From: Vulcanimicrobiota bacterium
Lineage (GTDB): Bacteria; Vulcanimicrobiota; Xenobia; Xenobiales; JADMJV01
Assembly (NCBI GenBank): GCA_050250895.1
Contig: JBFWNU010000001.1
Coordinates: 936,008 to 1,000,007 of the forward strand
DNA: 64,000 nucleotides
Direction: 5' to 3'
The position numbers were made by a program, and so were the translations under genes. Positions 58,636-64,000 of the stretch are shown piece after piece (the first letter of the stretch is position 1; every line of letters starts with the position of its first letter). The notes below the pieces were generated by a model. The model did no database searches. It saw only the letters and a program-made list of their open reading frames with translations, and was not told where the DNA came from.

Positions 58636-59093
58636 GCGTGGCCTATCTCGACCTCGGCTCGAACATCGAGCCCCAGGCCAGCCTGCGCCAGGCTGTCGGG
58701 CTACTCCAGGCGGAATTTGAGGTGCGGCGATGTTCTTCGGTCTTCGAGACCGCTCCGGTCGGCATCACCGAACAACCCGCCTTCTGGAACATGGCTGTCG
58801 AGATCGAGACGGCTCTCCTGTCCGACGCGCTCCAACTTAGACTACGCTCGATCGAAGACCGAATGGGACGAGACCGGAGCGGCCCCAAATACGGACCCCG
58901 CAACATCGACATCGACCTCATCCTCTACGGCCAGTACGCCCACCCCCAGCTCGAGGCCCAGGCCTTTGTGCTGGTACCGATCTGCCAACTCTGCCCCGAC
59001 CACCTTCACCCGCGTCTGGGCCGCCCCTTGAGCGAGTTGCTGGCCGGGCTTGATTATCGAGCCGGTGACATTCGTGAGTTGGGGCCGCTGTAA
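58632..59093 (+). CDS. folK: 2-amino-4-hydroxy-6-hydroxymethyldihydropteridine diphosphokinase
   Basis: LGSNI, FETAPVG, GPRNIDIDLILY. Confidence 0.95.
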   Translation: MSVAYLDLGSNIEPQASLRQAVGLLQAEFEVRRCSSVFETAPVGITEQPAFWNMAVEIETALLSDALQLRLRSIEDRMGRDRSGPKYGPRNIDIDLILYGQYAHPQLEAQAFVLVPICQLCPDHLHPRLGRPLSELLAGLDYRAGDIRELGPL

Positions 59094-59184
59094 CATCCCG
59101 TCAATTCGGGCTTAACGACGCTTCCCTAAGGTGACCACGGGGGGTCCGCCCTCCGTATCTAAGCACACTCGGAGAGATATACAG

Positions 59185-59997
59185 ATGATTTCCTCTATTT
59201 CTTATCGGCCTGCAGTGGCCTCCGCCCCCGTCCGCGCCCATGCTCCCGCCGCCCCCGCGGCCGCTCCCGCTGAAGACGCGTTCGACCCCATCGGCCTGGG
59301 CGACGTCGACACCGTCCAGAAGGCAATGCAATTGCCCATCATGGACCCCGTCTATCAGGGCAGCGTCGGTCTCGGATTGGTAGCCGTCGCCCTGGGCGGC
59401 GCTTTCGGCACCGCCCTCAACGCCAGTGTCCGCGGCGAGACCTCGAGCGACGGAACCCCCGCCAACATCACCCAGTTCAACGCCTCGGCCCGGGGCGACA
59501 AGTTGGGCGGTCTGGTCGGTGGCTACGTGGCCATGAACTACTTCATGGCCGGCGAACTCTCGGTCGACCAGGGCAAGCACGTGGCCACCTGGCGCGAAAC
59601 CTTCGGTAGCACCGACGTCGAACTCAACTTCTCGGTGGACGAAGGCTCACAGCAACTGACCATGGATGGCCATCTCGGCAGCGTCCCGGCCCACCTGGTC
59701 TATACCGGCGTGCAGACCGCTGCCGGTGGGGCCGTCATCAACGTCGAGGGAATCCTGGGCGGGCAAGACTACAAAATGCAAACCAGCCTGGACACCATCC
59801 CCACCGACCAGGGCCAGTCGACCTTCAACATCAGCACCCGGGGCAATGTTGGCGACCTGACCGTGGACAAGACCTATCAGGGTCAGGTCGATATCGACCA
59901 GGAAGGTCGCACCGTCGGTCTGACCATCGACGGCTCGGGCCAGAACGCCGGCCACCAGCAGACCGTCAACGTTCGGGCTGCCGTCGGTCCGGCCTAG
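59185..59997 (+). CDS. Hypothetical beta-rich protein with Ala/Pro leader and a hydrophobic segment
   Basis: GGAG RBS before ATG 59185; MISSISYRPAVASAP...; VGLGLVAVALGGAFG. Confidence 0.75.
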   Translation: MISSISYRPAVASAPVRAHAPAAPAAAPAEDAFDPIGLGDVDTVQKAMQLPIMDPVYQGSVGLGLVAVALGGAFGTALNASVRGETSSDGTPANITQFNASARGDKLGGLVGGYVAMNYFMAGELSVDQGKHVATWRETFGSTDVELNFSVDEGSQQLTMDGHLGSVPAHLVYTGVQTAAGGAVINVEGILGGQDYKMQTSLDTIPTDQGQSTFNISTRGNVGDLTVDKTYQGQVDIDQEGRTVGLTIDGSGQNAGHQQTVNVRAAVGPA

Positions 59998-60707
59998 AGA
60001 GAAGCGCCCCCGTCAACAGCCAGAATCTGGCCGTTGATGAAATCGGCACCAGCCAGATAGTGGACCGCCTCGGCGATGTCCCTGGCGGTGCCGATGCGGC
60101 CGAGGGGAATGGCGGCAGCAAGCTGCTGTTCCATCTCGGCCCCCGCTCCCGCGGGCAGCATGGCCGCCCCGGGCGACACCCCATTGACCCGCACCAGCGG
60201 GGCGAACTCCAAGGCGTGGGCTTTGGTCAGAGCCTCGAGCCCGGCTTTGGCGATGCAGTAGGGAACATAGCCTCGCAGCGGTCGCCGGGCGTGGATGTCG
60301 ATGATGTTGACGATCGAGCCTAGCCTTTCGGCCAGCGCCTCGCGACACAGGGTCGACACCAGGAAATGGGCCCGCAGATTCAAGTTGATGAAGGCCTCCC
60401 AGTGGGCGGCCGCTTCGGCGTCGGTGGGAGTCGGATAGAAGATGGCCGCGTTGTTCACCACCAGGTCAAGCGGCCTGGATACGAGCCGGCCGCACAAGGC
60501 TTTGACCTGCTCGACCTCGGACAGGTCCGCCTGCACCACTTCGACTGCGGCCCCCGAGCCCCGCGCCGCCTGGGCTGTGGCCTCTACGCCCTCCCGAGAG
60601 CGATGGTAGTGGAGCCAGAGGTCGTAGCCGCCCGCGGCCAAACGCAAAGCGATGGCCCGACCTAGCCGGACGCCGGCCCCACTCACGAAGGCGGTCTTTC
60701 TCACCAT
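59994..60707 (-). CDS. Pteridine reductase-like SDR (FolM/PTR1)
   Basis: SGAGVRLG, NNAAIF, IVNIID, YCIAK; near folB/folK. Confidence 0.85.
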   Translation of the reverse strand: MVRKTAFVSGAGVRLGRAIALRLAAGGYDLWLHYHRSREGVEATAQAARGSGAAVEVVQADLSEVEQVKALCGRLVSRPLDLVVNNAAIFYPTPTDAEAAAHWEAFINLNLRAHFLVSTLCREALAERLGSIVNIIDIHARRPLRGYVPYCIAKAGLEALTKAHALEFAPLVRVNGVSPGAAMLPAGAGAEMEQQLAAAIPLGRIGTARDIAEAVHYLAGADFINGQILAVDGGASL

Positions 60708-60783
60708 AGCTGGCGTTTAGTCCCGGCTCACCAGCAGTCCTGCGCCACAGGAGCTGCCTGGTTTCTGGTGAATAGCGAACTTG

Positions 60784-61965
60784 ATGCGCAATGCGAGGCT
60801 CTCTCAAGGCGCGGTCCTGGACGGCCGTTTTGAGGTGATCCGCCTGATTAAGGCCGGGGGCATGGGTGCCGTCTACGAGGTAGCCGATCGGGTGCTCAAC
60901 GGTCGCACCTACGCCCTCAAAGAGATCCACCCCTCAAGCGATCCCGCCGAACTGCAAGACGCCAAAGACCGCTTCATTTCCGAGATCCAGGTGATGCAAT
61001 CGCTGCTCCATCCCGGCATTCCCAAGGTGAGCACTGCTTTTCTTCATGACGACTCGTTCTTTTTCGTGATGGAACTGGTGCAGGGGACTGACCTTTCGCG
61101 CATCCGCAAGCAGAGGGGCAATCCCGGGCTGCCCACCCATGACGTGGTGAACTGGGCCTGCCAGGTGCTCGACGCCCTGAGCTATCTCCACCGCCAGTCC
61201 CCGCCCATCGTTCACCGCGACATCAAGCCGTCTAATCTGCTACTGCGAGAAAGCGACAACCGGATACTCTTGATCGACTTTGGCATCGCACGGGCCACCA
61301 ACCCGGTCGAGGGCTATTGGATCGGCACCCCCGGTTACGCCCCGCCCGAGCAACAAATGGGCAAGCCCGAGCCCTGTTCGGATCTTTACGCTCTGGGCGC
61401 CACCATGCACGAACTACTCACCGGCGTCAAGCCCAAGGACTTTGACTTCGCCAGCTTCAGCTACCTGGGCATCGAGGTGCCGCCGGATCTGGTCTCGGTC
61501 ATCGAAAACGCCCTGCAGCATTGGCCTGAAGACCGCATCCAGACGGCTGACGAGATGGCTCGACGCCTTCGCTCCTTGCCGGGCTTCTCGATCGAGGCTC
61601 CTCTGGTATGTCGCGAGCACGACTTCGAAGAGGCGGTGGCCCGGCTCAAAGACGATGTCCTCGACCCGCTCTTGCAAGACCTCATCGAGCGCTACGCCAA
61701 CGAGTGCCAGACCCCGTATCTTCCGCCCACTCTGAGCTTTATGAAGTTCACCCTGGGAACACTGACCAATTTCGAGTTGCTAATCACCAAAGACGGCGAC
61801 TCGGAGTGTATCACCTTCCAGGAAAAGCAAGGATTGCTCGACCCGGTCGCGCTCGGCTCGGTCAATCCTCTAGAAGAGAGCGAACACGCTCACGTCAAGG
61901 CGATCGTCGACCGCTTCGTGCAAGACTATGAGGAGTTCAAGAACTCGAGCTGGCAACTCCTTTGA
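60784..61965 (+). CDS. Hanks-type Ser/Thr protein kinase
   Basis: GGMGAVY, ALKE, HRDIKPSN, DFGIAR, GTPGYAPPEQ. Confidence 0.95.
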   Translation: MRNARLSQGAVLDGRFEVIRLIKAGGMGAVYEVADRVLNGRTYALKEIHPSSDPAELQDAKDRFISEIQVMQSLLHPGIPKVSTAFLHDDSFFFVMELVQGTDLSRIRKQRGNPGLPTHDVVNWACQVLDALSYLHRQSPPIVHRDIKPSNLLLRESDNRILLIDFGIARATNPVEGYWIGTPGYAPPEQQMGKPEPCSDLYALGATMHELLTGVKPKDFDFASFSYLGIEVPPDLVSVIENALQHWPEDRIQTADEMARRLRSLPGFSIEAPLVCREHDFEEAVARLKDDVLDPLLQDLIERYANECQTPYLPPTLSFMKFTLGTLTNFELLITKDGDSECITFQEKQGLLDPVALGSVNPLEESEHAHVKAIVDRFVQDYEEFKNSSWQLL

Positions 61966-62023
61966 ACTTTTTTCACTGCCGAACAGGTTGGCCCCCAGAA
62001 AGGACAGAACATAGGTTCTAATC

Positions 62024-62551
62024 ATGGAACTCTACGACAAGCTGACCGGGCTCTATCAGGTCAAGTTCTTCAAGGAGCTTCTCAAAAAAGAAGTCGTGCG
62101 CAGCGCCCGCTACGGTCGCCCCGCCTGCGTCATCGTCATGGAGATCCAGTATGACTATTTCGAGAAGTCCCTGGACCTGCGCAAAGAACTGGCCTATCGC
62201 ATCCATCGCGAGATGGGCGCGGCCGTGCGCGAGATCGCGCGCGAAGTCGACTTCGGCGGTCGGATCAGTGGCGAAGTGCTGGCCCTGGTGCTGCCCGAGA
62301 CCGATCGCGAAGGAGGCGCCTTTGCGGCTGAACGGCTTCGCAAAGAGGCCGAGCAAAAAGAGATCGGCAGCGGGGGCTTAACCGAGCACCCCGTCAAGGT
62401 TGCCCTCAATCTAGGCGTGGCCTCCTTTCCCGAGAACGGTCGTACGGCTAGAGAGTTACTGGAAAACGCCGAAAAGGCCATGGCCGAAGCCAGAATCGGC
62501 GGCGGCAACCGCTCCCTGGTGGCGCCACCGCTGGATGAGGGTGGAGATTGA
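62024..62551 (+). CDS. Stand-alone degenerate GGDEF domain protein
   Basis: DKLTGL; SGEVL replaces GGDEF; RxxD (REVD) I-site retained. Confidence 0.85.
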   Translation: MELYDKLTGLYQVKFFKELLKKEVVRSARYGRPACVIVMEIQYDYFEKSLDLRKELAYRIHREMGAAVREIAREVDFGGRISGEVLALVLPETDREGGAFAAERLRKEAEQKEIGSGGLTEHPVKVALNLGVASFPENGRTARELLENAEKAMAEARIGGGNRSLVAPPLDEGGD

Positions 62552-62615
62552 CTATTCTTGGGAAGATTGCTACACTCTGGCCTAACTACGGACCGGAAAT
62601 GAACGGATTGGGAAA

Positions 62616-63596
62616 ATGTTAGCGCTCCCTGCTCTAAGCGCCTTTGGCCTGGGATTTTTATTGACTCTGGCCCTCACCCCGTGGGTGAAGGGGCTAGCCA
62701 CGCGTCTGGGCGCGCTCGACCGACCCGACGCCCGCAAGGTGCACAAGGTTCCTACCCCGCTGTGGGGAGGCTTGGGCGTATCCATCGCGTTTGCCGCCTC
62801 ACTGATTACGGTGCTGGCGCTCTTTACCCCGCCTCAAGCCGTGACCACCCAGCAGTGGTGGTCCATGGGCGGCCTGCTGGTGGGCGGAGCGGCCCTGGTG
62901 GCTCTGGGAATGTTCGACGACCGTTTCGGCATGGCCGCTAAGACCAAACTGCTCGGCCAGATCGGAGTGGCCCTGATCCTGGTGGGCTGCGGCGTCCGGG
63001 TCGACTACTTCTCGCTGCCTGGCATCGACGGCATGATCTTCCTGCGCGAATGGCAGGCCATTCTGCTGTCGATGCTCTGGCTGGTAGGGGTCACCAACGC
63101 CATCAACCTGCTCGACGGCCTCGACGGCCTGGTGGCCGGCGTAAGCCTGAGTTCGGCCGTCATCTTCCTGGTGGTGGCCGCCATGAATGGCGAATGGGTT
63201 ACCATGGTGGCCATGGCCGCCGTAGCTGGCGCCGCTCTCGGGTTTTTGCGCTACAACTTCAACCCGGCCACCATCTTCCTGGGCGACACGGGCAGCCTCT
63301 TTCTGGGGCTGATGTTCGCCGGTTGGTCCATCGTCGGCTGCCTGAAGACCACGGCCACGGTGGCCCTGGCCATTCCCGTCATGCTGATTCTGGCCGTGCC
63401 GATTCTCGACACCACCTTTGCCATCGTTCGCCGCGGCGTCACCCGCCAACCCATCTTCAAACCTGATAAAGGTCACCTGCACCATCGCCTGCTCGCGGTC
63501 GGGTTATCGCAGCGCCAGGCCGTGTGCACCATCTACGCCATCAACGTAGCCTTTGGCCTGGCCGGCTTGGCCATGGCCGTCTTCCTATGCCCATGA
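62616..63596 (+). CDS. Undecaprenyl-phosphate GlcNAc-1-P transferase (WecA/TagO, MraY family)
   Basis: [47 protein letters not shown]. Confidence 0.95.
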   Translation: MLALPALSAFGLGFLLTLALTPWVKGLATRLGALDRPDARKVHKVPTPLWGGLGVSIAFAASLITVLALFTPPQAVTTQQWWSMGGLLVGGAALVALGMFDDRFGMAAKTKLLGQIGVALILVGCGVRVDYFSLPGIDGMIFLREWQAILLSMLWLVGVTNAINLLDGLDGLVAGVSLSSAVIFLVVAAMNGEWVTMVAMAAVAGAALGFLRYNFNPATIFLGDTGSLFLGLMFAGWSIVGCLKTTATVALAIPVMLILAVPILDTTFAIVRRGVTRQPIFKPDKGHLHHRLLAVGLSQRQAVCTIYAINVAFGLAGLAMAVFLCP

Positions 63597-64000
63597 AGGT
63601 GATGACCGTCTTCGGGACTCGCCCCGAAGCCATCAAAATGGCCCCGGTGGTCAAAGCGCTCGAACGCTGTCCCGAGATCGAAGCCCAAACCGTCGTCACC
63701 GGTCAACATCGCGAAATGCTCGACCAGGTCTTGAACCTCTTCGAGATCCGGCCCGACCACGACCTCAACATCATGAAAGAGGGCCAGACCCTGTCGGACA
63801 TCACTCGTTCGGCCTTGCAGGGGCTCGAGAGCGCTCTGGAGCGATTTGCGCCTGACCTGGTGCTGGCCCAGGGCGACACCACCACTGCCTTCGTGGCGGG
63901 CCTGGCCGCCTTCTACGCCAAGATTCCGGTCGGTCACGTCGAGGCCGGCCTGCGCACCAACAATATCTACGAGCCGTTTCCTGAAGAGATGAACCGGCGC
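63593..64000 (+). CDS. wecB: UDP-GlcNAc 2-epimerase (non-hydrolysing), partial
   Basis: [50 protein letters not shown]. Confidence 0.97.
   Translation, partial: MKVMTVFGTRPEAIKMAPVVKALERCPEIEAQTVVTGQHREMLDQVLNLFEIRPDHDLNIMKEGQTLSDITRSALQGLESALERFAPDLVLAQGDTTTAFVAGLAAFYAKIPVGHVEAGLRTNNIYEPFPEEMNRR

Overview
A GC-rich bacterial chromosomal segment, densely coding and mostly + strand. I saw no rRNA, tRNA, CRISPR array or intact transposase/integrase. Housekeeping blocks: pdxT end, nagB, Lys/Arg decarboxylase-ycf45-tmk-holB-ricT/yaaT, mce-mutAB-meaB, tyrA, folB-folK, wecA-wecB. These are interleaved with lineage-specific secreted or envelope genes: a TPR-CHAT protease, two paralogous 3-gene minor-pilin cassettes, an ECF sigma whose anti-sigma carries a pilin-like domain, a lipoprotein lipase and an S46 peptidase. 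The Firmicutes-like synteny plus pilin-rich accessory content suggests a Terrabacteria lineage, possibly Ca. Eremiobacterota/Xenobia-like (weak inference). Main discovery: six or seven scattered genes share one promoter architecture, with 11-bp-periodic pentamers (TTCAC/GTAAC-like) and one box starting exactly 26 nt before a TAnnnT -10 (PhoB/OmpR geometry). Four of their otherwise unrelated products share a ~32-aa Ser/Pro/Ala-rich leader ending in an Asp at residue 31-32. The putative regulon also includes an orphan FliF/SpoIIIAG-like ring protein and a 952-aa translocator-like protein, suggesting an undescribed co-regulated non-Sec export/effector system. Also noted: two related non-coding repeat mosaics, a GNA mini-hairpin array, a DnaA-box cluster and a permuted LeuD-LeuC fusion.
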